Positions 26,824 to 37,880 are shown, counted from the stretch's first letter. The stretch: DNA of 64,000 bases from Clostridia bacterium (GCA_017467585.1 JAFUSR010000004.1:219563-283562); one strand, 5' to 3'. Notes: generated by a model from the sequence alone, not told the origin. A program made the numbers and translations.

Positions 26824-27516
26824 ATGGAAATTTTATACGAAGACAATCACATTATTGTTGTGAACAAACCACAGGGGGTTCCTAGCCAAGCAGATGAAAG
26901 TGGAGACAAAGACATGCTTTCAATGGTTAAGGAATACATAAAAGAAAAATATAACAAGCCAGGAAATGTTTATGTTGGGCTCGTCCACAGACTAGACAGA
27001 CCAACGGGCGGTGTTATGGTTTTTGCAAAAACAAGCAAGGCCGCAGCACGCCTTGCGGAAGAGATGAAAAATGGCGAATTTGATAAGACATATTTTGCAG
27101 TTTGTCATGGAACATTTGCAAATCCTGCCGGAAGACTAATTAACTATTTGAAAAAAGATGAAAAACAAAACAAGGTGTTTATTGCTCCACAGACAGAAGA
27201 GGGTGCAAAGAGAGCAGAACTAGAATATAAGGTGCTTGCAAGAAAAGGCGACCTCAACCTTGTTCGTGTTAAGTTGTTTTCTGGAAGAGGGCATCAAATT
27301 AGAGTTCAATTTGCAAATGTTAAGTGTCCAATTGTAGGAGATAACAAATATGGTTTTGGTGAAAAGGTGTTCTTGAACCTTTATGCTGTTCAATTGGGGC
27401 TTTTGCATCCAACCACAAAACAAAAAATGGTTTTTAGAGTTTATCCACCAGAAACTGAAGAAGCATGGAAAAACTTTAATTTGGAAAATTATTTAAGCTT
27501 GAAACTAAACGACTAA
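26824..27516 (+). CDS. RluA-family pseudouridine synthase (no S4 domain)
   Basis: The catalytic motif is present (GLVHRLDRPTGGVMVFAKT), and GRGHQIRVQ lies near the C-terminus. Confidence 0.88.
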   Translation: MEILYEDNHIIVVNKPQGVPSQADESGDKDMLSMVKEYIKEKYNKPGNVYVGLVHRLDRPTGGVMVFAKTSKAAARLAEEMKNGEFDKTYFAVCHGTFANPAGRLINYLKKDEKQNKVFIAPQTEEGAKRAELEYKVLARKGDLNLVRVKLFSGRGHQIRVQFANVKCPIVGDNKYGFGEKVFLNLYAVQLGLLHPTTKQKMVFRVYPPETEEAWKNFNLENYLSLKLND

Positions 27517-27525
27517 GAGGAAAAA

Positions 27526-28989
27526 ATGAAAATTTGTTTTGATAACGAAAAATATGAAAAATTGCAATCCGAGCAAATTCTAGAAAGGGTTAAGAAATTT
27601 TCTGGAAAGCTTTATTTGGAGTTTGGCGGAAAACTTTTTGACGACCTTCATGCAAGTCGTGTTTTACCGGGTTTTAGGCCAGATGCTAAAGTTAGAATAT
27701 TGCAAAAACTTTCAGATAAAACAGAAATTATCATGGTTGTTGGGGCACCCGACGTTGAGCGAAAAAAAATTCGTGCAGACTATGGAATTTCTTATGATGA
27801 AGAAGTAATCAGACAAATTGCCAAACTTCGTGAATTGGGGCTTTATGTTTCAACAGTTTTAATAACCATGTATAATGGCCAAAAAAATGCGGACAAGCTA
27901 ATCACTAGGCTTAAAAATCTTGGAGAAAGAGTTTATGTTCACACTTACACAAAAGGATATCCAGACGACGTCGCAACAATTGTAAGCCCAGAAGGCTATG
28001 GCGCAAACCCATATATTGAAACAACAAGACCAATTGTGGTTGTAACTGCCCCAGGCCCTGGCAGTGGAAAGATGTCTACTTGCCTTTCTCAAATGTATCA
28101 CGAGAGCACAAAGGGAATTATTAGTGGATATGCTAAATTCGAAACATTTCCTATTTGGAATTTGCCTGTTGACCACCCAGTTAACCTTGCTTATATGGCC
28201 GCAACAGCCGACCTTAAAGACAAAAATTTGATTGACACCTATCACCTTCGTGCCTATAAAAAAAGGGTGACAAATTATAACCGAGACCTTCAAAATTTTG
28301 CGGTTTTGCAAACAATTTTATCTAAAATTGCTGGTGACAAAATCTATAATTCGCCAACAGACATGGGGGTTAACATGGCTGGTTTTGCAATTACTGATGA
28401 TAAGGGTTGCATGGATGCCAGCTATAATGAAATCATTAGAAGGTATTATAAAGCATTGTGTGACGAGAAACTTGGCGTTGAGCCATCGACAACCGCCACC
28501 AATATATTAGAGATTATCAAAAAACATGATATTGACATAAAACGCAGGCGCGTTATATTTGCTGCAAACAACAAGTTTATGCAAACGGGTTTTGCAAGTG
28601 TTGCTATTGAACTATCTAACACAAGCATTGTGACCGGCAGAGAAACAGATTTGTTGTCTGCCGCAAGTTCGGCGGTTCTGAACTGTTTGAAAGAAATAAC
28701 TGATATCGACGACGATGTTTATTTGCTTGGTGACGAAGTATGTAAAACAATTTGCGAACTAAAATCATTGATTAGTGGTGGGGCTCAAAAGCTAGACATT
28801 TATGACACACTTTGTGCCCTTGCTATTTGCTCTGCAACGAACAAGCTTGCAAAGAAAGCGTTTGATGCAATAGGTGAGCTCAAACTAACTGATGCTCACA
28901 GCAGCCACATTTTGTCAGCTAGTGAGCAGTCAACATTAAAAAAGTTAGGAATTAACATTTCTTGCGAACCAGAATATCTGCAGAGATAA
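27526..28989 (+). CDS. UPF0371/DUF1846 family protein
   Basis: The N-terminus (FDNEKYEKLQSEQILERVKKFSGKLYLEFGGKLFDDLHASRVLPGFRPDAK) resembles the conserved start of UPF0371 proteins of Firmicutes. Length is 487 aa. Confidence 0.75.
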   Translation: MKICFDNEKYEKLQSEQILERVKKFSGKLYLEFGGKLFDDLHASRVLPGFRPDAKVRILQKLSDKTEIIMVVGAPDVERKKIRADYGISYDEEVIRQIAKLRELGLYVSTVLITMYNGQKNADKLITRLKNLGERVYVHTYTKGYPDDVATIVSPEGYGANPYIETTRPIVVVTAPGPGSGKMSTCLSQMYHESTKGIISGYAKFETFPIWNLPVDHPVNLAYMAATADLKDKNLIDTYHLRAYKKRVTNYNRDLQNFAVLQTILSKIAGDKIYNSPTDMGVNMAGFAITDDKGCMDASYNEIIRRYYKALCDEKLGVEPSTTATNILEIIKKHDIDIKRRRVIFAANNKFMQTGFASVAIELSNTSIVTGRETDLLSAASSAVLNCLKEITDIDDDVYLLGDEVCKTICELKSLISGGAQKLDIYDTLCALAICSATNKLAKKAFDAIGELKLTDAHSSHILSASEQSTLKKLGINISCEPEYLQR

Positions 28990-29048
28990 ATAATTGTTGA
29001 CTGCAAGAACATTTTTTGGGTATAATAAAGACATAAATAGGAGAAATT

Positions 29049-29732
29049 ATGGCAGAACTAGAAGAAGCAAAAGAAGTTGTTGATAGCAAAAATTCTGATT
29101 ATAAGTCAGTTGACGCGTTGTCTATGGTTCAAATGACCGTTGACAAATCTCGCTTTATTGCGGTTATTCAACACGTTGAATCTGTCAACGATGTTAAAAC
29201 ACTTCTTGGAAGTTTAAAAAAGAGCAACAAAGATGCAAAGCATATTGCATATGCTTATCGTTTGGGCGCTGACTATTCTGTTGCAAAACATAACGATGAT
29301 GGCGAACCTGCTGGAAGCGCTGGGCTGCCAATTTTTGCTGCCATTGAAAACTCAAAACTTAGCAACACAGCAATTGCTGTTGTTAGATATTTTGGCGGAA
29401 AAGAACTGGGAAAGAGCAAGCTTACTAGAACCTATGCTGCCGTTGCAAACTCTGCGGTTAAATATGCTAAAATATTTATAATGAAATTCTGCAATATTTA
29501 TGATATGAAGGTTTCTTATGCTGACTTTGCGCAACTTGGAAAACTTCTCACAGAAAAAGGCTATAGCATTTTGGATCAAAACATAAATGACACAATGCCA
29601 CTCATTAAAGTTGCAATTCCTACTGACATTGCAGATAAAGAGATTGAAGAAATTCGTGCGAGAATTCGCGGCGCCAACTTTATAACCAACATTGGCAGCG
29701 GATATTACAGATTTAAATCTTATTCAAAATAA
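29049..29732 (+). CDS. YigZ/IMPACT family protein
   Basis: A UPF0029-type core is present (KHIAYAYRLG...DDGEPAGSAGLPIFAAIE...AVVRYFGG). Confidence 0.8.
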   Translation: MAELEEAKEVVDSKNSDYKSVDALSMVQMTVDKSRFIAVIQHVESVNDVKTLLGSLKKSNKDAKHIAYAYRLGADYSVAKHNDDGEPAGSAGLPIFAAIENSKLSNTAIAVVRYFGGKELGKSKLTRTYAAVANSAVKYAKIFIMKFCNIYDMKVSYADFAQLGKLLTEKGYSILDQNINDTMPLIKVAIPTDIADKEIEEIRARIRGANFITNIGSGYYRFKSYSK

Positions 29733-30349
29733 TGGTAAAAATAACAGATATAACTAATCAAAAAAATAAAAATAAATTTAATTTGTTTGTTGATGGTGAG
29801 TTTTATTCAGGTATTCTGAAAGAAACGGCAGTTGCAAACAATTTTTTTGTAGGAAAAGAAATCGACGAAAACCTGCTGGCAGACATACTTATTGAGAGCG
29901 AAACCAAGCAGGCATTTGAAAAAGCATCTAATTATCTTGCGACACGCCTGCATTCAAAGTTTGAACTTCGCATGAAATTAATTAAAAAAGAGTTTAGTTC
30001 AAGAGCAATCGAACTCGCTTTAAACAGGCTAGAAGATTATGGTTATGTCAACGATAAGGAGTTCGCAAAAGCATTTGCTGCCCAAAACTCAAAACTGAGC
30101 CGACAAATGATATCTCAAAAGCTCTCAAGTAAAGGCGTTTCAAAAGATATAATAGCTGAGGTTGTTTGTGCTGCAGACCCAGAAAATGAATTTCAAAAAG
30201 CTCTCACTGTGGCTGAAAAGTATTTAAAAGGAAAAGATAAAGATTCTGTTCGCGACAAACTGTATATTTCACTTGCTAGAAAGGGTTTTGATGGGCAGAC
30301 TATTAAAAATGTTATTAATAAATTATATAACACAGACATAGATTATTAA
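29732..30349 (+). CDS. recX: Regulatory protein RecX
   Basis: The 205-aa protein has the repeated three-helix RecX pattern (ALNRLEDYGYVNDKEFAKAFA...). Its start overlaps the previous stop. Confidence 0.8.
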   Translation: MVKITDITNQKNKNKFNLFVDGEFYSGILKETAVANNFFVGKEIDENLLADILIESETKQAFEKASNYLATRLHSKFELRMKLIKKEFSSRAIELALNRLEDYGYVNDKEFAKAFAAQNSKLSRQMISQKLSSKGVSKDIIAEVVCAADPENEFQKALTVAEKYLKGKDKDSVRDKLYISLARKGFDGQTIKNVINKLYNTDIDY

Positions 30350-30358
30350 GAGGGAAAA

Positions 30359-30745
30359 ATGGTAGGAATTGATATTGTTGACATAAAAAGAATTGCCGAA
30401 GGAAATGTTGATGGCAAAATCGAAAACAGAATTTTATCTGACAAAGAAAAAGAGTATATTTCTAAAAAGAGTAGGAATTTGGTGAAGGGCAGAATTTTTA
30501 GTGAATTCGACAATTCACTTGCTGGTTTTTGGGCTGCAAAGGAAGCTGTTCTTAAGGCCTTTGGCATTGGCTTGCATTCAATAAATTTAAAAGATATTCA
30601 AATTTTGCATAAACAAAGTGGTGAACCATATGTAGAATTAATGCCCGCTGCCGTGGCCAAAATTGGTGGGAAAAAGCCTAAAAACATCGAAATAAGCATT
30701 TCCCACGACGCGGGAATGGCGGTTTCAGTGTGCTTTTTAAACTGA
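30359..30745 (+). CDS. acpS: Holo-[acyl-carrier-protein] synthase
   Basis: The motifs MVGIDIVDIKRI, WAAKEAVLKAFG and ISISHDAGMAVSV are present. The gene ends in a TGA stop. Confidence 0.92.
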   Translation: MVGIDIVDIKRIAEGNVDGKIENRILSDKEKEYISKKSRNLVKGRIFSEFDNSLAGFWAAKEAVLKAFGIGLHSINLKDIQILHKQSGEPYVELMPAAVAKIGGKKPKNIEISISHDAGMAVSVCFLN

Positions 30746-30925
30746 TAAACGTCTAAAATGCGTGAAATTGGCAAAAAATCTTAAAATTTTTGAAAAATAT
30801 TTTTGCAGTTTTTAGCCGTAATTTTAGAGTGAAAACAACAAAATGCTTTTAAAAAACGCAATTTTTATTAAAAATATCACTTAAAAATGTGAAAAATGAC
30901 ATCGAAACTTTTTTGAAAATGGGTA

Positions 30926-30954
30926 TTGACACGGGGTGTCTAGTGTGATAAAAT
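30926..30954 (+). promoter_or_regulatory. Promoter of the coiled-coil membrane protein gene
   Basis: TTGACA at 30926-30931, a 17-nt spacer, and the extended -10 TGaTAAAAT at 30946-30954. Confidence 0.6.
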
Positions 30955-30998
30955 AGCCGTGCAAAACAAAAAACGCAATACTTTTGGAGGGTAAAAGT

Positions 30999-33026
30999 AT
31001 GACAAACAAAGAAAAAACAATTAAACAACTCAAAACAACATATCCTAAAATCGCTAGACTTGATGAACTTATTCATGGTCGTAGGACTGCTGTAGGCAAG
31101 GAAGAGGTTGCAAATATTGTTGATGAACTTATGTCTGGTTTAATAGAAGAGACTTCTGCTCTTCTTCAGTATTATGACCTTGTTACTAATGACACAACAA
31201 TGGAAGGCTCAAGCTGGAAAGATGAAACAGTTTTTGCACCTTTACAACTTTCTATTATTGAACTTAAAAAAGCTCTTCTTGAAGCCGGTTCAACAAATGC
31301 TTCTCTTGCTGAACAATTAGAAGCAGAAAAAGTTGCACGCAAGGCTCTTGAAAATGAAATTGGCTCAATCCAAGGAATAGACGCTGTTTACGCTGAGCAT
31401 GCAAGAGAAAATGCTGTTCAACAAGCAAGAAAATGGAAAGCTGCTTACACAAGAGAATTGTATGCAAAAGCTAATGTTATTACTCAAGCTCAATTGTGGA
31501 AATTGAGACACGACCTTGCTGTTAAAGAATATGAGCAACAAAGAATGGAAGTAATTCGTTTAACACTTTCAAATGAAAGACTCAGAGAGAAAAACGCAAC
31601 TCTCAGAGTTCGACTTGCTGAAACTGAAGCTGCTCTTCTTGAAGCATGGGAAAAGAATGAAGAAGATGACAAAACAATCTTGGAACTTAGAGCATCAATT
31701 GCCGCTATTGAAGAAGAGAATTCTCTTGCAAGACAACAAATTGAAAACACACAGGGTGTAATGGAACAAAGAGATTCTGCAAATAGAACTGCCGCTGGTC
31801 TTAGAACAAAATTAAAGAAAAACAGAGTTCTCCTTGGTGTTGTGGCAGGTGTTCTTGGTGCTGGACTTGTAACTTCTGTTGCATTTAACATTGCTCAAGG
31901 GGTTAGCCTTGCTGAGAAAGAAGATACCATCGACAAACAAGGGCAAAAAATTGATGCACTAGAAACAGATTTGAAAAATGCAACAGATGAATATAATAAA
32001 AAAATTGCCGAACTTAACACACAACACGAACAAGCAATTGCCACACTTAACGCACAACACGAACAAGCAATTGAAGAACTTAATGCTGAGTGGCAAACAA
32101 AAATTAACGAGATCAAAGATAATTACGAAGCCGAAATTGCAAGAATTAGAGCAGAGCACGACGCAAAAGTTGCAGAACTTAATGCTAGACATGCACAAGA
32201 AATTGCAGATCTTACCAATGCTCATCAAGCTGAGATTGACGAACTTAACCGTGTGTTTGAAGAAAGAACTGCTGAAATTCAAGCAGAGTTAGACAAAATT
32301 ACTGCCTATGCACAAGAAACAACAGACGAGTTCTACACATTGGCAGGACTTGATTGGAAAGATGTTGAAGTTGAAAAGAAAAATGATGTAAGCTATGTTA
32401 CAACATTTGCAGAAGATGCAGAAATGACAGCTGTTGGTGAAGCTCACTATGCACTTGCTATGAACTCAACAGAAGACATCAATCTTACATTTGCAGACTT
32501 TACTGTTGATGGAAACGTAGTAATTTGGAATGGTGCTTCAGAAATCATTAAAGATGTTATGAACAACCAAAACGAAAACCAAGATGACGAAACAAAAACT
32601 AATGGTGGTGCTGGCGGTGTTTCTGACAACAACGACCCTGCTGGTTCACAAATTGGTGTTGGTGGCGGAGCTCAAACCGATCCAGTTCCTGAAACTGAAG
32701 AGCCAGAAGTTGCCCCTGCTGAAGGTGAAGACACAAACAACCCAGCAAATGCTGAAGTTGAAACCTATAATGCTGAGGGCGCTGCAAAGATTTTACACGA
32801 CCTTCAAGAATTTGAAAGCAAGTTGAATGCTGGAGAATTATACTCAGCTGCTCACTCTCAAGAAGAAATAAGTGCAAAGATTGCTGAAATCAAAACACTC
32901 ATTAACAATTCAATGTTAATAGAAGATGTTGCCGAAGCAAACCAATTAGTAGAACAAGCTAGTGGCTTGTTTGCAGAGGTTCAATCTTGGATTACACATA
33001 CTATTGATTATGGCAGAGGAAGATAA
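30999..33026 (+). CDS. Bitopic coiled-coil membrane protein with 11-residue repeat array and acidic low-complexity region
   Basis: ATG 30999 follows GGAGGG. A single central TM is present (VLLGVVAGVLGAGLVTSVAFNIAQGV). Nine consecutive hendecad repeats follow (IAELNTQHEQA / IATLNAQHEQA ...), and then a D/E/N/G/P-rich segment. Confidence 0.6.
   Translation: MTNKEKTIKQLKTTYPKIARLDELIHGRRTAVGKEEVANIVDELMSGLIEETSALLQYYDLVTNDTTMEGSSWKDETVFAPLQLSIIELKKALLEAGSTNASLAEQLEAEKVARKALENEIGSIQGIDAVYAEHARENAVQQARKWKAAYTRELYAKANVITQAQLWKLRHDLAVKEYEQQRMEVIRLTLSNERLREKNATLRVRLAETEAALLEAWEKNEEDDKTILELRASIAAIEEENSLARQQIENTQGVMEQRDSANRTAAGLRTKLKKNRVLLGVVAGVLGAGLVTSVAFNIAQGVSLAEKEDTIDKQGQKIDALETDLKNATDEYNKKIAELNTQHEQAIATLNAQHEQAIEELNAEWQTKINEIKDNYEAEIARIRAEHDAKVAELNARHAQEIADLTNAHQAEIDELNRVFEERTAEIQAELDKITAYAQETTDEFYTLAGLDWKDVEVEKKNDVSYVTTFAEDAEMTAVGEAHYALAMNSTEDINLTFADFTVDGNVVIWNGASEIIKDVMNNQNENQDDETKTNGGAGGVSDNNDPAGSQIGVGGGAQTDPVPETEEPEVAPAEGEDTNNPANAEVETYNAEGAAKILHDLQEFESKLNAGELYSAAHSQEEISAKIAEIKTLINNSMLIEDVAEANQLVEQASGLFAEVQSWITHTIDYGRGR
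32004..32300 (+). repeat. Nine consecutive 33-nt (11-aa) coding repeats in the coiled-coil protein
   Basis: The protein repeats are IAELNTQHEQA, IATLNAQHEQA, IEELNAEWQTK, INEIKDNYEAE, IARIRAEHDAK, VAELNARHAQE, IADLTNAHQAE, IDELNRVFEER and TAEIQAELDKI. The first two units share 28 of 30 nt (32011-32040 versus 32044-32073). Confidence 0.8.
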
Positions 33027-33040
33027 AATTATTTAAAACA

Positions 33041-33068
33041 AAAAGCAACCGAGAGGTTGCTTTTTTTG
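33041..33068 (+). terminator. Intrinsic terminator after the coiled-coil protein gene
   Basis: The stem GCAACC-gaga-GGTTGC is followed by T7. Confidence 0.8.
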
Positions 33069-33123
33069 TGTGAAAATTTGACAAAAAATGTTATGTGATT
33101 GTTTTGTTGCGTTAATAATAACT

Positions 33124-33151
33124 TGATTTGTTTTAATTGTTTCGCTATAAT
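33124..33151 (+). promoter_or_regulatory. Promoter giving a probable leaderless lgt mRNA
   Basis: TTGATT at 33124-33129, a 16-nt spacer, and TATAAT at 33146-33151. The ATG at 33158 follows after 6 nt, with no SD. Confidence 0.55.
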
Positions 33152-33157
33152 ATAATT

Positions 33158-33937
33158 ATGTTAACATTAAATAGGATTGCTTTTAATTTGTGGGGTGTTG
33201 ATGTCTACTGGTATGGCATTATCATTTCTGTTGCAATTATTGCGTGTGTTTTGTTCGCAATGCTATTTTGCAAACTGAAAAAAATTGACACAAACATGCC
33301 ACTCGAAATTTTTTTGGCGATTATTCCACTCGGAATTTTGTCCGCTAGATTATTTTCGGTTATTTTTGAACCAGGATTAACACTTGCAGATTATTTTAAT
33401 TTTCGAACTGGCGGAATGAGCATTATGGGTGCTATTATTGGTGGCGCTGTTGGTGCAACAATTTATAAATTAATTAAGAAGAAACCATTTTTGGAAATTG
33501 CAGATGTTATAACCAGTGTTTTGTTGCTTGGTCAGGCAATTGGCAGGTGGGGCAACTATTTTAACGAAGAGGTTTATGGCCTCGAGATAACAAACCCTGC
33601 AAACCAATGGTTTCCTCTTGGCGTCAATGTTGATGGAACGTGGTATGAAGCACTGTTTTTCTATGAATCAGTTTTGACGTTTGTTGGGTTTGTTGTGTTT
33701 TTAATTATCTATCTTAAAACCAACAAAAGGGGTCTTGTTACTGGGCTTTATTTGACATATTATGGAGTTGTGCGCATAATTTTGGAGAGTCGCAGACAGA
33801 GTCAATACATTTTAAAGTGGGGCAGCGTTCCTGTTTCGTCACTAGTGAGTGCCGCATTTATTGCAGCTGGTGTTGGCATTTTGATTTTTGTTATTGTGAA
33901 AACTTTGATGCAAAGAAGGGAGAAAAAAGTTGGCTGA
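33158..33937 (+). CDS. lgt: Prolipoprotein diacylglyceryl transferase
   Basis: Lgt motifs are present (YWYGIIIS..., GQAIGRWGNYFNEE). ATG 33158 lies 6 nt after TATAAT, and the track start TTG 33137 lies inside the promoter. Confidence 0.92.
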   Translation: MLTLNRIAFNLWGVDVYWYGIIISVAIIACVLFAMLFCKLKKIDTNMPLEIFLAIIPLGILSARLFSVIFEPGLTLADYFNFRTGGMSIMGAIIGGAVGATIYKLIKKKPFLEIADVITSVLLLGQAIGRWGNYFNEEVYGLEITNPANQWFPLGVNVDGTWYEALFFYESVLTFVGFVVFLIIYLKTNKRGLVTGLYLTYYGVVRIILESRRQSQYILKWGSVPVSSLVSAAFIAAGVGILIFVIVKTLMQRREKKVG

Positions 33938-34727
33938 GAAGAGATATACTCACAGAGAGTTAGAAGAATATGTGACCAAAATTATGACAGAAAGTGAAAT
34001 AACTGCCAGTCATCAACGTGAGCGCATTGAAGAACTTAAAAAAGAAAATGAAAGACTTTCTAACGAAATTGCTGTGTTGAAAAAAAAGGAAAAAGCTTCT
34101 GCTCGCGCAATAACTCTTGAAGAGCGCAAAAGTAAATATATTCAAGATATAACGAAAAGCCGTTGTGCAATTGAAATTGACAGGCTTTCAAGACTTTCTG
34201 CCAGATATAGCGACTTGTTTGACAAACTAGAAACGACAGACCAAGAGCGCCTTGAAGAATTTAATTCTGAACTTAAAGCGGTTATTAATACGCTATCAAA
34301 TTTGGGAGAATATATTGAAGATCGAAAACCACTATCTGAGGCTGAAAAAAATTATATTTCAGAGAAGGATAGAATTTCTCTCAATGATGCCGTTAAAAGT
34401 GATTTAGACAGCAGATTTAACAAACTTGTTAATGAGTTTAAAATTAAAGTTGGAGAAAGCGCAACCAGAAAACGCGGTCGCCCAAAAAAGAGCGAACAGA
34501 GCATTATGGTTGAAGTTAACAGGGCAATAACTGAGAAACGAGAAGAGGAACTTACTGAGCAAGAAAAGCAAGAGGTTATTGACAAGATTAATGAGCTATT
34601 TTATAATGTTCAACCAACAACTGCTCAACAATCTTCAAAAAAGAAGAAAAAGCAGACTGGAACATTTGACTTTGATGAGGCATTAAACCCAACACAATCG
34701 CTTGCGGACATAATGAAAGACATTTAA
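33930..34727 (+). CDS. Coiled-coil protein with DivIVA-like N-terminus and AT-hook-like motif
   Basis: The gene uses a TTG start after GGGAGA. The N-terminus (KRYTHRELEEYVTKI) resembles the DivIVA GY..EV..F motif. Long heptad-rich helices follow, then RKRGRPKKSE, then a K5 run, and a conserved-looking C-terminus (FDFDEALNPTQSLADIMKDI). Confidence 0.5.
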   Translation: MAEKRYTHRELEEYVTKIMTESEITASHQRERIEELKKENERLSNEIAVLKKKEKASARAITLEERKSKYIQDITKSRCAIEIDRLSRLSARYSDLFDKLETTDQERLEEFNSELKAVINTLSNLGEYIEDRKPLSEAEKNYISEKDRISLNDAVKSDLDSRFNKLVNEFKIKVGESATRKRGRPKKSEQSIMVEVNRAITEKREEELTEQEKQEVIDKINELFYNVQPTTAQQSSKKKKKQTGTFDFDEALNPTQSLADIMKDI

Positions 34728-34753
34728 AAACACACCATAATGGTGTGTTTTTT
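34726..34753. terminator. Bidirectional terminator between convergent genes
   Basis: The stem CACACCA-taa-TGGTGTG is flanked by A5 and T6. Confidence 0.8.
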
Positions 34754-35081
34754 ATCTATATTTTTCTTCGTCGTAAAGACCAGGCTCAATAACAGAACTG
34801 ATAAATCTGATGTCATCGCGAATACGTTTATTGAGCTCAATTTTTTCGTCTATTGTAATTCCCGAATTTTGAATTTCAACTTCTAAATCTTTTAGCGCAA
34901 GTGCAGATTTAATTAAAATTGTTAGTTGGTCTTCATCTTTTATTCTTGGCGCAGAATTAAATTTTTTTCTGTCCTCAATTAGCTTGTTTAAATTTTTGAA
35001 ATATGAAAGGAAATCTGTCTTGTTGACAAATGTTTTTTCAATATTTGTTATTTTTTGTAACAGTGAGCTATAGGTTTCCAT
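34752..35081 (-). CDS. Hypothetical helical protein (109 aa)
   Basis: This clean ORF lies between a bidirectional terminator and its own TTGACA-16-TGaTATAAT promoter. I recognise no family. Confidence 0.55.
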   Translation of the reverse strand: METYSSLLQKITNIEKTFVNKTDFLSYFKNLNKLIEDRKKFNSAPRIKDEDQLTILIKSALALKDLEVEIQNSGITIDEKIELNKRIRDDIRFISSVIEPGLYDEEKYR

Positions 35082-35087
35082 AAACTT

Positions 35088-35115
35088 ATTATATCATAAG
35101 TTAGTCACTTGTCAA
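35088..35115 (-). promoter_or_regulatory. Promoter giving a probable leaderless mRNA for the 109-aa gene
   Basis: On the minus strand: TTGACA at 35115-35110, a 16-nt spacer, and TGaTATAAT at 35096-35088. The ATG at 35081 follows after 6 nt. Confidence 0.6.
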
Positions 35116-35127
35116 GGCAGTTTTTTG

Positions 35128-36723
<1,596 letters not shown>

Positions 36724-37017
36724 TTAGTTTTCTCCTTCTATCTTTGCTAAAATGTCGGTTTGTTTCAATATGACATATTCTTTTCCTTCAAATAATATAG
36801 GAAGCCCACCATATTTTCCATATACAATCTTGTCTCCAACGGCAACCTGAAACAATGTCTTTTTTCCTTCGATGTCAGTGTTATCTCCAACTGCAACGAC
36901 TTTTCCGAAATATGGTTTGTCTTCTGCTGAAATAGGAAGAGTAAGACCGCTGGCTGTTTGCTCCTCTTGATTTTCGGGTTTGATTAAAACCCTGTCGAAT
37001 AATGGTTTGATTTTCAT
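36724..37017 (-). CDS. groS: Co-chaperonin GroES
   Basis: The 97-aa protein contains MKIKPLFDRVLIKP...GKVVAVG. Confidence 0.96.
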   Translation of the reverse strand: MKIKPLFDRVLIKPENQEEQTASGLTLPISAEDKPYFGKVVAVGDNTDIEGKKTLFQVAVGDKIVYGKYGGLPILFEGKEYVILKQTDILAKIEGEN

Positions 37018-37187
37018 AATTATTCTCCTAAACTTTGAATATAAATTAATATATACTAGCGAACAATCGCAGATGAAATGGGTTGACTTGCTTTTCTGGT
37101 GTGTTTTTGATTTAAAAAATAGAAAAACAAAAAATTATGTCACTTTGATTTTCGCTGCCCATATTTATAGTAAAACGAAAGGGAATT

Positions 37188-37880
37188 ATGAAGAGAAGAA
37201 AACTGACAAAAATTTTCGCTATTTTGCTTTTAACGATAGCTGTTTTGGCTGTTGTTCTTTCTTTTAAAACTAGACATGATATTAGCGGAGAAGTGACTTT
37301 TTATTTTGTCTATGCAAAAAAATGTAATTCTATTGTTGCGGCAGAAGAACTTTGTAAAGATGTTGCTAACCGAGGAGGTGCGGGTGTGGTTTATTCTGCT
37401 GAAAGACAAAACTATGTTATAATAAGTGCATATTTGAATAAAAATGATGCAAATAACGTACAAAATGCAATAAAAAGCACTTATTTAGATTCTGGCATTA
37501 TAGAGGTTAGAGGGGCAAAACAATCTAAACTTAAAAAGCAGTTTAACAAATGTTCGCTCTATAAAAATTACTATTCGTTAATTGTTGATTTGGTTGGAAG
37601 CTGTTATGAACTTGCAAACGCATATGAAACAAACAAAGTTAGTTCTAGTGAAGTCTATAGAAAAACATTATCATTCAGGCAAAGAATAAATGATTTTAAA
37701 AATTCTGCGAAAGACAATTCCGACGAGTTAGTTTCAAAGGTCTATGTTAGTGCTTTGGTTATGTCAGAACTGATTGATGATTTTTATTCTTCTGCTTTTG
37801 TGTCGTCTTCAATGGTAAAATATTTGCGCAAATTGCTTGTTTTTAGCATAATTGAGTGGCAGCAATTGAACAAAATATAA
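37188..37880 (+). CDS. Membrane-anchored protein, possible SPOR-like domain
   Basis: An N-terminal TM is present (IFAILLLTIAVLAVVLSF). The segment FYFVYAKKCNSIVAAEELCKDVANRGGAGVVYSAERQNYVIISAYLNKNDANNVQNAI resembles the SPOR beta-alpha-beta-beta pattern. Confidence 0.45.
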   Translation: MKRRKLTKIFAILLLTIAVLAVVLSFKTRHDISGEVTFYFVYAKKCNSIVAAEELCKDVANRGGAGVVYSAERQNYVIISAYLNKNDANNVQNAIKSTYLDSGIIEVRGAKQSKLKKQFNKCSLYKNYYSLIVDLVGSCYELANAYETNKVSSSEVYRKTLSFRQRINDFKNSAKDNSDELVSKVYVSALVMSELIDDFYSSAFVSSSMVKYLRKLLVFSIIEWQQLNKI

